From contig NC_045714.1 in the NCBI RefSeq assembly GCF_009834535.1, positions 7,378,001 to 7,442,000 of the forward strand: a stretch of DNA of 64,000 nucleotides, given 5' to 3'. Origin of the DNA: Camelus ferus. Its lineage: Eukaryota. Below the pieces are notes generated by a model, which did no database searches, had not been told where the DNA came from, and saw only the letters and a list, made by a program, of their open reading frames with translations. Positions 1 through 10,544 of the stretch are shown one piece after another (the stretch's first letter is position 1; each line of letters opens with the position of its first letter). The translations under genes and the position numbers were made by a program.

Positions 1-430
1 TGCGGGGGAACTGTACTGAGAAGTGACCTTTAAGGGAAGACTGGAGCAAGTGAGGAAGAAGTTCTGAGGTTGCCTGAAAGAAACAAACTCCAGAGGAGGG
101 AACAGTACCTGTCACTGCTCTGAGAAGGAACCACGATTTGTGTTTTACAAACTGTGTACTTGGAGTAAGTGAAGGGGAGATGGGTAATGGGGAGCCCAGT
201 CATTCAAGTTTCTTGGGTCATGTGGGGATGTTGACTTTTATGAACAAGTGACACATATGCCAGCAGAAGATTCTGATTATAGGTGGGCCTTAACGTGAAT
301 TGCGTTCTAACAGGATTATTCTGGCTGCTGTGAGAATAACATACTGTAGGGAACAGGCAAGTTTGTAGTTCATTGTCATAATTCAGGAGAGAGAGACTGG
401 GGGCTTGGACTAGGGAGGTAGCAATGGATG
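1..430 (-). mobile_element. L2 LINE fragment (3' region)
   Basis: Antisense L2-type text (actgagaagtgacctttaag... ggattattctggctgctgtgagaat... ggcttggactagggaggtagcaatgg). Confidence 0.7.
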
Positions 431-466
431 TGGTTGTTTCCTGACAATATTTCTTTGTCTGCTTAC

Positions 467-770
467 TCTTGTTTCTCCATTTCTAGCAACAGTTACTAAT
501 TCATGGTGATCACTGACATTTCCTACACTTTCAGGAGTTTCTTGAGCTCTGTCTGTTCCCCCAGTTTCATTGTTATCAAACAGCTTGGCTGTGATAGACT
601 GCTGATCTTCATCTTCATATTGATTAATTTTATTTTCACATGCATCACCCGTATCTCCAACATCTTCAGCAGTTTTCACATGATGAGTCATTTGCGAACG
701 ACAGATTTTCATTATAGGAGTCATCTTCCGGGTAGCACGTGTTGGACTAGACTCAGGTGAAATGTTTGCT
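467..770 (-). other. Candidate coding exon of an unidentified gene (D/E/N/T-rich, about 100 codons)
   Basis: Non-repetitive frame open from 769 to 410; AGA|GTAAGC donor at 467/466 in phase 0; purine-rich on the minus strand. No strong acceptor and no recognised homolog. Confidence 0.35.
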
Positions 771-1547
771 CAGTTCTGCCTAGTGCTCTCTCTCATGAAA
801 TGGAACTTGATGGGTTTTTTTTTTCTTTCTAATTTTTGAATCCGACCACTGTCAAAATAATTACAAAACTGTTTTCTCTTATTTATTTGCTGATTGGCTG
901 GGAATTGTGTTACTGTTTTACATGGGAAATATAATTCCAGCAGTCACTCCTTCTAAATGAAATGATGATGTGCTACATTTTGATTATATGACGTGTGCAT
1001 TACGGACTGAGGGCCTCAGTCCTGTGAGTCTCGCTACTAGAGTGGGTAGGAAAGAGGAACCTCACTCCAGCTAGCCCTGAATTGGCTAGCAGTCTCTTAT
1101 TTATGGCCTGGGTTGCAAATTCAAATAGCTCCCTGGGCCAGACAGCTGATATATGTGGGTGCATGAGGCAGGTGTAAGAAAATAGAGAGTGGAGGGGACA
1201 ATGCCAAGTTGGAGTCTGCAGTGATGAACAGCGTAATTTGCTTGTCCCATTGGAATGTGGTCCCAGCATTGATAGACTTCCTTAAAAGAAGCAGGAAATT
1301 TGGGCTATTATGGACGTCTGACTTTTAGTTTCTTTTCACTTTCTGAGGAACAAAATAAGTCTTTGCGCTAGATCAAATCCAAGTTCTCTAGTTTACAAGA
1401 ACACCTATGCCCCTCCTGTATTTATTATGCTGACTTTACTTGCTCCCAGTGATGATGACCATGTAGGGTTCAGCAGAGAAGATGCTTGTTATAAGTAACA
1501 GTAAAGAATCTGACTTGGGGAGGTTTACTAACCTATCTCCCCCCTCC

Positions 1548-1660
1548 TTTTTTTTTGTATTTTTTTTTTTTTATTGAAGTATAGTCACTTTACTATGTTG
1601 TGCCAATTTCTGGTGTGCAGCACAATGCTTCAGTCATACATATACATACACATATTCGTG
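1548..1660 (-). mobile_element. L1 3'-terminal fragment with poly(A) tail (camelid/cetartiodactyl type)
   Basis: Poly-T followed by ttattgaagtatagtcactttactatgttgtgccaatttctggtgtgcagcacaatg. Confidence 0.8.
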
Positions 1661-1779
1661 TGTAACCTACCCATTTTTGAACAGCTGTTGCCTTCTGTGT
1701 GGACCGAATATTGAACCCAGGCTGAACGGACCCTTAAGCTCTTCCTTCTGTCCTTTGCTGTCCACCAGACGGTAGACGG

Positions 1780-1845
1780 TGTTAGTAGAATTTGAGCTCA
1801 GGCCTTGGACACCAAATCCTGTGCTCTTTCCATCGCACTGCCCAA
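1780..1845 (-). mobile_element. MIR 5' fragment
   Basis: Reverse complement ggcagtgcgatggaaagagcacaggatttggtgtccaaggcctgagctcaaattctac resembles the MIR 5' end. Confidence 0.55.
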
Positions 1846-1889
1846 TGTCGCCACGTATGGGAAACTTTATAAGCAGAAAAGATAGTCTC

Positions 1890-2250
1890 ACTCTCCCTGA
1901 TTGGTTGCGGTGGGGGCGAGTGGGCGTGGCTCCCGGCTCCTGCTCGCCAAATCCTCACGCACGGGTGCGTCACAAGCCCCAGCGCATGCGTAACCAGCCT
2001 CCTCAGTTGCGGAGGCCAGCGGAAGAATTCACAGGGAGTGCCGGTTGGCTCCAGTCGGTGGGCTTGCTCTGCGGGCCACGAGCTGCACTTCCACCACCTG
2101 CTCCTTGCTCCTTTTCAGCTGCCCCGGGCCAGGGCCATACAGCAAGTGAGGGGGGACCTGCGGCAGGCAGGGCTCCCCAGGAATTGTGTGTGGCCTTAGT
2201 TGGGGGAGGGGGTCCTTAGGGGGCAAGGGCCCTAGGGCCTTCCGGTGCCG
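1890..2250 (+). promoter_or_regulatory. CpG-rich promoter-like segment upstream of the TSPY copy
   Basis: High GC and CpG. ATTGG (inverted CCAAT) 1900-1904; GGGCGTGGC Sp/KLF box 1922-1930; TGCGTCA CRE-like 1966-1972; GCGCATGCG NRF1-type 1982-1990; GCGGAAG ETS-like 2019-2025. Confidence 0.65.
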
Positions 2251-3167
2251 TGGGGGTGGGGCTGGATACGATACAGGCACTAGCTGGTGGGACGGCGGAG
2301 GAGGCCACTATCTTCAGGGTGGAGTCTGTGCCCGGAAGCGCGGCCCTGGAGGAGGGAGAGGTGGCTGCGGGGATCGGGGAGGAGGCGGCATTGGTGTTGG
2401 AGGACATCATGGAGGTGGTGGAGGTGGTGGCCGAGGAGGAGCAGGACGAGCAGGAGGAAGAGGTGCAGGCAGAGGAGCGGGATGAGAAGCTCCAGGAACA
2501 GGTGCTAGCAGAGCCAGGGCAGGGACGCACGACCACTCGGTCCCTGCTGGAGGCACTGGAGGCCCTTCAGTTGGAGCTGGAGCCTGTGAATAAGCAAGCC
2601 AGCAGGGCCTACTCTCGACTGAAGCTCAGGATATGTCAGAGACGGAAGCCGCATCTCCAACACAGAAGTACCATCATCCAGGGCATCCTTGGCTTCTGGG
2701 TCAAAGCTTTTATGAACCACCCCCAGATGTCAGCCATGATGAGTGACCAAGATGAAGACATGCTTAGCTACATGACCAATTTGAAGGTGGAGGAACTCAG
2801 ACATCCCACTGATTGCTGCAAGATCATGTTGTTCTTCCGGAACAACCCCTACTTCCAGAATGAAGTGATTGTTAAGGAGTATCTCATTAACATCGCTGGA
2901 TATAGGGCATCTCATTCCACTCCAATTCAGTGGTACCAGGGTTATGAACGTGAGGCTTACAGCCGCAGGCACCACAACAGCAGCCTAAACTTCTTCAACT
3001 GGTTCTCTGACCACAACTTTGCAGGATCTAGTAAGATTGCTGAGATCATCTGTAAGGACCTGTGGCTCAATCCCCTGCAATACTACCTGAAGGGGAAGAA
3101 GAGGGAACTGAGAGGAGGAGAGGAAAGCCCAGATTTTGAGACGAATATGACGGAGCATCACCCTTGA
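2250..3167 (+). CDS. TSPY: TSPY-like protein (NAP/SET histone-chaperone family); intronless retrocopy with intact frame. The first in-frame ATG is at 2409 (252 aa); the ORF track opens at GTG 2250.
   Basis: TSPY-diagnostic stretches EATIFRVE...[98 protein letters not shown] domain about 2544-3089 with no stop or frameshift. No introns; followed by AATAAA and an A10 tract. Confidence 0.9.
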   Translation: MGVGLDTIQALAGGTAEEATIFRVESVPGSAALEEGEVAAGIGEEAALVLEDIMEVVEVVAEEEQDEQEEEVQAEERDEKLQEQVLAEPGQGRTTTRSLLEALEALQLELEPVNKQASRAYSRLKLRICQRRKPHLQHRSTIIQGILGFWVKAFMNHPQMSAMMSDQDEDMLSYMTNLKVEELRHPTDCCKIMLFFRNNPYFQNEVIVKEYLINIAGYRASHSTPIQWYQGYEREAYSRRHHNSSLNFFNWFSDHNFAGSSKIAEIICKDLWLNPLQYYLKGKKRELRGGEESPDFETNMTEHHP

Positions 3168-3317
3168 CCTAAGATAGTGGAAAACCGAAGAAGCTGCTTC
3201 AGATGAAGATGAATGGTCAACGTGGTTCTCATGCACAGGAAAAAAATGAAGAGAGGTCTGGTGGTGAAACGCACAGAGGGGGAGACGCCAGTAAACCTGG
3301 AATAATATTGGAAGATA

Positions 3318-3349
3318 AATAAACAACAGCATCGTGTTTAAAAAAAAAA
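3318..3349 (+). terminator. Polyadenylation signal plus retroposed poly(A) remnant
   Basis: AATAAA at 3318-3323, then 16 nt, then A10 at 3340-3349 directly abutting a MIR. Confidence 0.85.
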
Positions 3350-3590
3350 GCTACGAGTCTAGACTTGGACCCTAGATTGACCAATCCTGACTTATTGTTA
3401 GGCGGTTTATTTAGCCTCTCTGAATTCTAGTCCTCCATCTATATAATGGGTTTATATTACTGTTACTACTACTACTAATGTGCTAATAAAAATAATGAGT
3501 TAATATTGAGATAATTATAAGGGTTGTTTGGATGATTGAATGACTCTGTATGTACAAAGTGCGTAAGTGTACAAAGGGTATAAAATTAGT
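3350..3590 (+). mobile_element. MIR
   Basis: ttagcctctctgaattctagtcctccatctatataatggg... ataagggttgtttggatgattgaatga. Confidence 0.65.
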
Positions 3591-4241
3591 GTCCACAAGT
3601 CCATATGTTGACATCAGTATCATTCATCTCATGTGAGAAACACTGCACTGTCTGTCTGCACTGAGCGCATCACGGACATCATTTGCCTCTACTATTAAGA
3701 CTCTGTGACAGGGAACATTTGCCCTTGATTTTCCTCACTAGTAGGACCTGCAGGTGAAGCTGACTCAAGGATTTGAAGACTTAGTCTTTTCTTTTAAGAT
3801 CCAGTACAAATAATCCAGCTGACTTAGGCTGGAAGCATCACCTGGCTTATAAGGAATCCTCCTTTTTGGATTATCTTTTCCTGACCACATGGAAATTACC
3901 ACCATAAAATTTAGAAGGCAGGACACAGGATCTGGATTAAATCCAATCTGATCTAAATCTCACCTCTACAGCTAGCCTGTTCTGCAGCCAGGGCCCAGGT
4001 ATAGTGGCTTCTGAGACTTACGCTTCAGTAAACTCAGGAAAATCTGTCTTGATCTATTTTTCTGTCTCTTCCTCTCTCCTCACCACTGTTGTTTATTTCT
4101 GACTTAAAAAAAAATCCTTAATTGTTGCCAGTTAGTATGAAAGTTACGCCAGTGAGACACAGATCTAGGAAAAGAGACTCCATCATTTTGGAAGTGAAAA
4201 TTGACTTCATAAAAAGTGTGCCACCAGCTTTAAGCTCAGGA

Positions 4242-4410
4242 TAATGCTCCAGAATGCATACTTTAAGGTGTGTGGGCGTTACTTTGAGATATTTAAAAAT
4301 GCAGATTCTGACTCAGCAGATCTAGGGTGAGGCCTAGAAGTTTGCTTTTATTCAAAGTGCCCAGGTGTTGCTGGTACTACTGGTCTACCGACCACACTTT
4401 GGGTAGGAAG
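4242..4410 (+). mobile_element. MER5A-type hAT-Charlie MITE
   Basis: aaatgcagattctgactcagcagatctagggtgaggcctag... accacactttgggtag. Confidence 0.7.
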
Positions 4411-4554
4411 ACCCTATAAAAGTGCCAAGTTCATCTTCTCATGTTTCTTTTCATCCTCAAATTACCCATTTTCCTTCAAGCATTAATGTTCAGAATGAGA
4501 GATTGTTTTATTCAATATATGCATTTTTCTGTTTTATTTAAAAGTGACCACAAT

Positions 4555-4695
4555 TTTTGATGGATTTATTACTTAATGGGGGGAAATCCTTATGCAATGT
4601 AAATGTATATCAAATAGTCACATTGTTCACTTTAAACATCTTTAAATATCTCACAGTCACATTTTATTTGTTAATTCTAAGTTGGAAAAAAAGTA
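4555..4695 (+). mobile_element. L1MA-type 3' end
   Basis: gtaaatgtatatcaaatagtcacattgttcactttaaa... ttttatttgttaatt then A-rich tail. Confidence 0.6.
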
Positions 4696-4834
4696 ACCAC
4701 ATTTAAGCTATGAATTAAAAAGGCTTTTTGTGTGAGAAAGAGTGGTTTTCTCAGGTACCAAACTACCATTGAGAACACTGTTTTCATGTTCAAAGATCTA
4801 AATGACCAAAATAATGATGATAATATAATAATAA

Positions 4835-5070
4835 TAATGGTAATGTTTGTTGAGCATATGCTTTGTCAAGCACCATGTTAGCATTTAATTTAGTGAATGT
4901 TTTTGATCATGATAACCATATGAGTTGGGAACTATTGCATTGATCTGAACTTTATACATGATAAACTAAAGGTAGGAAAGTCTGAGGAACTCATCCAGGA
5001 TCACAGAGCAGGTACATAGTGGAGTCAAGGTTGAACCCAAGACCTGGGATCCTTCAAAGTTTATGACCCT
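4835..5070 (-). mobile_element. MIR
   Basis: Antisense MIR text ending ggagtcaaggttgaacccaagacc. Confidence 0.65.
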
Positions 5071-5654
5071 GTAGAATTTGGGTACATGCCAGCCATGCAG
5101 GCTGGGTATAGTATCTGCTCAATGAAAATGACAGCAGGAAGAGCTTTGTCTGTGTCAACCCTGAGGGTCATGGTCTTTTCTTATTGCTGGGTTTCCCAGA
5201 GAGTATCCAATCTCAACAGATCCTTCAGAGTATTGGGACAGGTATACGAGGACAGAAGTGACCACAATAGGATGTAGCAGGTGAGGCTCAGCCCCAGCTA
5301 GGAAGGAGATGAAGGTGTTGAGAGGAGGTTCTTAAAGGTGTGGGTGAATCAAAAGGAAAATCTGTAAGGCAGCATTTCCTTATCTTTCAATCTTGTGAAA
5401 AATGCAAAATGCTACTCAAATGTAGCTTGATTGTTGGGTTCCTCTTGTGCTAAGACAGGGATTGAAGAGAAAATCTAATCAAACTTCTGAAGATTTGGCC
5501 TTTTGAACGAGCTTCTAGATAATAGCTCACGAGTAGTGTCAGGTCTAGCGTATGGGCAGTATGAGTCCAGGGGATCCCAAGGATAGGACATTCAGAGAGT
5601 CAGTGCGAGGTATTAGAGAAACCTGAGGCTCCAACACCCACCACCATCAGCAAT

Positions 5655-5810
5655 ATTGGGAAGTGGTAAAGAGAGTGGGTTCTGGAGCTAGACTCAATTG
5701 TTAACTAGCCTGGGAATTTGGGCTCTTCTTAGACTTGGATACCCTCTTTACAAAATGATACAATGGTATCTTCCTTATAGAGCTGTTCTGAGGATTAAAT
5801 GAGAGATTAT
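5655..5810 (+). mobile_element. MIR
   Basis: gtggtaaagagagtgggttctggagctagac... ttctgaggattaaatgag. Confidence 0.65.
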
Positions 5811-6482
5811 TTGGTTATTGATTTTCTCCCTTCTTAGACGATAGATTCTAGTAGACTACAAATAATCCCTAATTTTGTTTACTCTAATATTCCCAGACCT
5901 TTTGCTTCTTAATAACAAAGAAGGAATTGAAGAAATATCTTTAAATGAATGAACAAATAAAAACCCAGCCCATAAAAACACTTAGTACAGGGCCTGGTAT
6001 AGAATAGGAAATCAATAGATCTTAGCTAGTATAAATATTACCTTCCTTACTTGGATACAAGGAGGACTTGGATTGGTACAGTTTGGATTTAAAGCCAAGG
6101 GGTTTGGCTCCAGAGTCCATACTCTTTATTGATTGCTGTCTATCATTGATGTTCATTTAAGACTGATTTTTCCTTGTTCTTGCTTTAAGGCCTCCAGGTT
6201 GGGAAGATTTGCCTCTGAATTTATATCTCTTTGGACCAACCCTGATCTCTATTCCAGAGAGAGAACTATCTCAGCAGGGCCTAAGATGTCCATGGGTTTG
6301 GAAAAGACTTTGTGGACTGAGTAGGAATTGTACTTTTTAGTATCCTTGAATAACCCAAGCAAAGTTAACATTTATTAAAATTAAATTAAGGCTCTTGTTT
6401 CATCAGCTGGAAAGATGATATATAAAGAAATCAAAAGATGGGTAGCATTTAGCATCCCTGATCATAAAAAAATCATGAAATA

Positions 6483-6595
6483 CAAAATAAGAATATGAAA
6501 ATGAATATATGTGTGTGAATTTATGGCTGAACTATTATGCTGTACATCAGAAAGTGACATAGCATTGTAAACTGAATACTTCAATTAAAAAAAAG
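6483..6595 (+). mobile_element. L1 3'-terminal fragment (camelid type)
   Basis: aagaatatgaaaatgaatatatgtg... gctgtacatcagaaagtgacatagcattgtaaactgaatacttcaattaaaaaaaa. Confidence 0.75.
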
Positions 6596-7079
6596 GAAAA
6601 AAGGAAATGAAAAAAAGAGAAAAATATACTGTCAATCTTGCTAAATTATATGATGATATAAAAAATTCTATTAGATTGATTTTTAATTAATATAATAGTG
6701 AATGAAAGCTGAAAGATGATATTTTAGGAAGTTTTTATATTTTCCTTTGCAATATCTGTCTTTTTTAAACTTCTTAATAATAAACATTCATTATTTTCTG
6801 ATGAGAAAATGTATTATTATAAAGAACCCTCCCAATATGGTAGTACTAGAGGAATCTTGGTTAGTGACTCCAGTCACAACTTGTAAATCTGAATAATCTG
6901 GAAGTTTCTTTCTTCTTTGAGGGGAATCATTCCATCTGACTTTGGATCCAATCTCTCCTACCTTTCAGAGACATCAGTCTATGCATTATATCCTTTCTCA
7001 TCTCATTTCTCTCTTATCAGTTCCTTTTCATCGGCATTTTAACTTGGCCAAAGTCTCTGACATTTTAAAAATATTTCTC

Positions 7080-8100
7080 ATGGTCCTATGTTTGCTTATG
7101 TTGCCCTATTTTTCACCCATACTGAATATTATTATGTACTATTAAAATATTTATTATTTTAAGATATCTTTCTTTTTTATAAGTGGATTTAACCCATTCA
7201 TATTTATTAAATTGATTATTTGTATGCCATTGTATTATATCTTTTACTTACACGTGTTTTTTCTTTTTTCAAACTTTGACTTCCATTTGTGGATTGGCTT
7301 TTCTTGGTTTCAATTTTTCTCTAGAGTAGTTTCACAGTTACGTATCTTATTTAAATTTTTATGATGTTTATCTATAAATTTTAACTCATACGTATGAAGA
7401 TACATTTTTCCAGCCACATGTTGAGTTAATTGGAGTTTATATCTTTCCTCTGACCAAGAGAAAAACTTTAACATGCTTTACTCTATCCTCCAGCCCTACC
7501 TCTTAACCTGCCACGTAGTTTTTTTTTGAGGATTTCAGTTCTAGATTCTTATGAAAAGTATTTAGGTAATTGATTAATTATTAAATCTTATGTTTTATTG
7601 TGACTTGTTTCCCTCTCCTTCTTGTATATCACCTTCCTCTGGCACAGATTCTTTAGTAATTTCCCTGTGGTGTATCTTCAAGACAATCGAAGGGACTCTG
7701 TGGATGGAAATGTTCCTGATTTCTTACATGTTAGAAAACATCTGAATGATAGTTTACTTAGCTACAATCTTCTAAGTTTAAAATATTTTCCCTTCTATAT
7801 CCACTGTCTACAGTGTTGTCAATTAAAACTAATGACAATCACAATTTTAATCTTTTTAGGTAAAACTATTTTAGCTGTTTTTCTTTTTAGGTAAAACTAT
7901 TTTCATATGATTTTTTTTGCCTTTTTTCTGAAATTTCACCATAATGTATATAGGAGTGGGTCATATATTAGTGTTAGTTTTTATCTTGCTTGATGTTCAA
8001 AGGCCTATTCAATTTATTTTTCTTTTTCAGCACTAAGAGATTTTGTTATTTTATTTTTAAAATTTCTGTCCTCCTTCTAGAATTTCTTCTTGAAGAACAG
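7080..8100 (-). mobile_element. Old L1 (L1M) fragments
   Basis: Long T-rich degenerate stretch with L1M-like phrases (gtggatttaacccattcatattt, ggaaatgttcctgatttc). Confidence 0.5.
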
Positions 8101-8124
8101 TAGAAATTCTGAATCTACATTCTG

Positions 8125-8370
8125 CAGTCTCTGCCTCTGGTCACACTGTCTTTTCTTCTGTTGGTGTGGTCAAATCTCCCTCTGCCTCTCTCTTAAAGGA
8201 AAACTTGTGATGCATTTAGAGAGCACCAGGATAATCCTAGATAATCTTCCCACCTAAAGATTCTTAATTTAACCATATTTACAAAGACCATTTTTTCCAT
8301 ATAAGGTAACATGTCCAAGTTCCAGGGACTCGGACCTAATATGTTTGGGGGCCTTTAATCAGTGTATTCA
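8125..8370 (-). mobile_element. MLT1 (MaLR) solo LTR fragment
   Basis: ctccctctgcctctctcttaaagga... ataatcttcccacctaaagattcttaatttaaccatatttacaaagacc... aaggtaacat. Confidence 0.75.
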
Positions 8371-9878
8371 GGGTTCCTTCTGATCCTTCTAATTGTAGAC
8401 CTTGGGGCTAGAATTCTGTAGCTCTTCCAGCAGTCAGAGTTGTTTCACCTCTCTTGTTCAAACACCTCCTCTGTCTTCTATCCCCACCCTTTCCCCTCTT
8501 CCCAGTCCTTCCTCTTTCAACCTTTCCAACTCTCCCCACACAAGCCTTTTACCTTTTCCATTCATCTTCCTCACTCTTTTTCCACTCCTCCTTCTTCCTT
8601 TACACTCTATCCTCCAGTCTAATATCTCCACAGCTCCAATCAAATCTTCTCACCCCCAGCACATCAGGAATTCTTCCACATTTCTGGTTTGCGGACATTA
8701 TTTTTTCTACTTCCTTTCTAGTATCATGATTTATTTAATTGCAAACAAGCGAACAAAACCAAATCAGTTTCTGGAATTTTACTAAGTTCTTGGAGGGAGG
8801 AAGAACATACTTTACCATTTTAATCCCTGAAATAGCTCTTTATCAACCATACTTCTTTAGATTGTGAACTCCCAGTAGCAGAGACTCTGTCTTACATGTT
8901 TTTATTTACTTAACGCCCAGCACATGATGTTGCTCTTTCTTGTTTATTAAATGAATGTCATTGTGGATTTGATAAAATGAATTGTGTATGGTTGTTTTAA
9001 CTGATTACACAAATTGATTTGACTGCCATTTTCCTGCACAGAGAGGGTTCTCAGAAACCCAGTGATTGTTTGGACGATAATTTGAAAACCACACTCAAGT
9101 TTCTTTTAGTCCTGGTGGGTTGAACTTGAGAGTGCCGTTAACCCTTTCTCAGAAGAGTTGTTTGGAGGTGGATAGTGGCTTTGTGGCTTTTTGGTATGCA
9201 GCTGTTCACTTTCAAAACTTAATTTAAAACAATAAAAAATGTACATTGAAATCATTTTTGTCTCCCAATTTATTTAATATGATTTATTCTAAATGCATTT
9301 CATATCAACATAATGTATTGGAGCTCCACCACCACCTGTTATTTTGTAGGGGAAATAAACAAGACCTCTCTTATCAGATGAGTTAATTACACTGACATAT
9401 TCACTCCTCCCCAGAGATATCATAAACTAAAATGCTGCAAGCCTTTAATTCAAAAGAGCTGGATAGAAACAAGAAGTATGCAGTGGTGTATTTTCTTTGG
9501 AAGAATCAAAACTAAATACAATTGATCTTGGGGGGCAAGATGGCTTGAATTTATCAAATGGAGTCTAGTTAAGAGTCACATATGAAATCTGTAGGTGAGT
9601 TGAGCTTGAACCCATTTCTCAGTATTTGGCATTGTCTTTCGGTCTCTGTGCTTCTAAGCATCATGTGGTCATTTTCTTTACCTGCTTCTTCCTGTCATGT
9701 CTCCCTCCTCTCGGGTATCTGCCTGGTAATGGTTGTATATGCAAAAGGCCATTGGCACCAGGAAGAGTGCAGTGCAGTCTTACTTCAGTCTTGGGGGAAC
9801 ACAGCCACCACCAGCAGTAGTCACAGTGGCTTTCATCTCTTAGGGAACTTAGGTGGATATAGGGGAGGCTGCTGTGAG

Positions 9879-10352
9879 TGTCTTAGGTCAGAATCCCCAG
9901 AAGCAAAACCTGAGATGAGGATTCACATGCGAAAGATTTACTGAGCGTGTACTCCCAGAAGAATTGTATTAGCACATGAGGGAAGCAGGGCAGGGAAGGG
10001 AAAAAGACCAAGCAAGGTGTGAGCTCAGGCAAATCCCAGCCTCAGCCTGATCCTCTGGGGGTCTCTGGAGTATCAATCACACCTCAGAGCTTCTCCCAAC
10101 CTCCCAACTGGTGGCAAAACAACTGGATTTTTATGCTTCCCTCCATTGGTCACTGGCTGAGAGCCATAAACTCCCAGGAACTTCTGGTTCTCCTTCCTGT
10201 GTCAAAGTGTCAGTGTTGGCAGCCCCCTAAGAAATTCACAGTTAGGGGCAAAGCTCACAGAAACTCGAGGAGGGGGCAGTGCACAGGGCACAGAGAGACT
10301 ACGTAAGAGGAATTCAGGGGGATGCGAGAAGAGCACAGACAGTGTCTGCTGC
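9879..10352 (-). mobile_element. ERVL solo LTR (LTR16-family-like)
   Basis: tgtcttaggtcagaatccccagaagcaaaacctgagatgaggattc... cagcctcagcctgatcc... acagtgtctgctgc. Confidence 0.65.
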
Positions 10353-10544
10353 CTTGGGCTAGGGGAACCGAGGGCTTTATGTCTGCAGGCTGGGGGCTGG
10401 GGGAGGAGGATCCCCCCTCATCCATGTATCCTTGCATTAGGCACACTGTGCACAGCACCCATGGCCTGTATACCTTTTAACGATGTCTACAATATTTGAG
10501 ACCAAAAAACAAAATGAATTTAACTTTAAAAAATTACCTAAAAT

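Noticed and set aside
2146-2317. Intron that would remove the TAG at 2217 and fuse the upstream frame to TSPY
   Set aside because: The length of 172 nt is not a multiple of 3. The nearer acceptor at 2180 gives only 35 nt and leaves the TAG.
2250-3167. Calling the ORF TSPYL1, TSPYL4, TSPYL5, TSPYL6 or TSPYL2
   Set aside because: Those carry different NAP-domain text (for example SFF.WFS.HSLPE.DRIA.II) and longer N-termini, and TSPYL2 has introns and an acidic tail. The motifs here are TSPY-type.
2186-3332. Overlapping ORFs 2186-2485, 2216-2536, 2287-2508, 2505-2720, 2730-2975 and 2985-3332
   Set aside because: Alternative-frame or antisense shadows of the GC-rich TSPY coding sequence
8402-8785. 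Several 60-127 aa ORFs
   Set aside because: Pyrimidine-rich low-complexity sequence that lacks stops by composition
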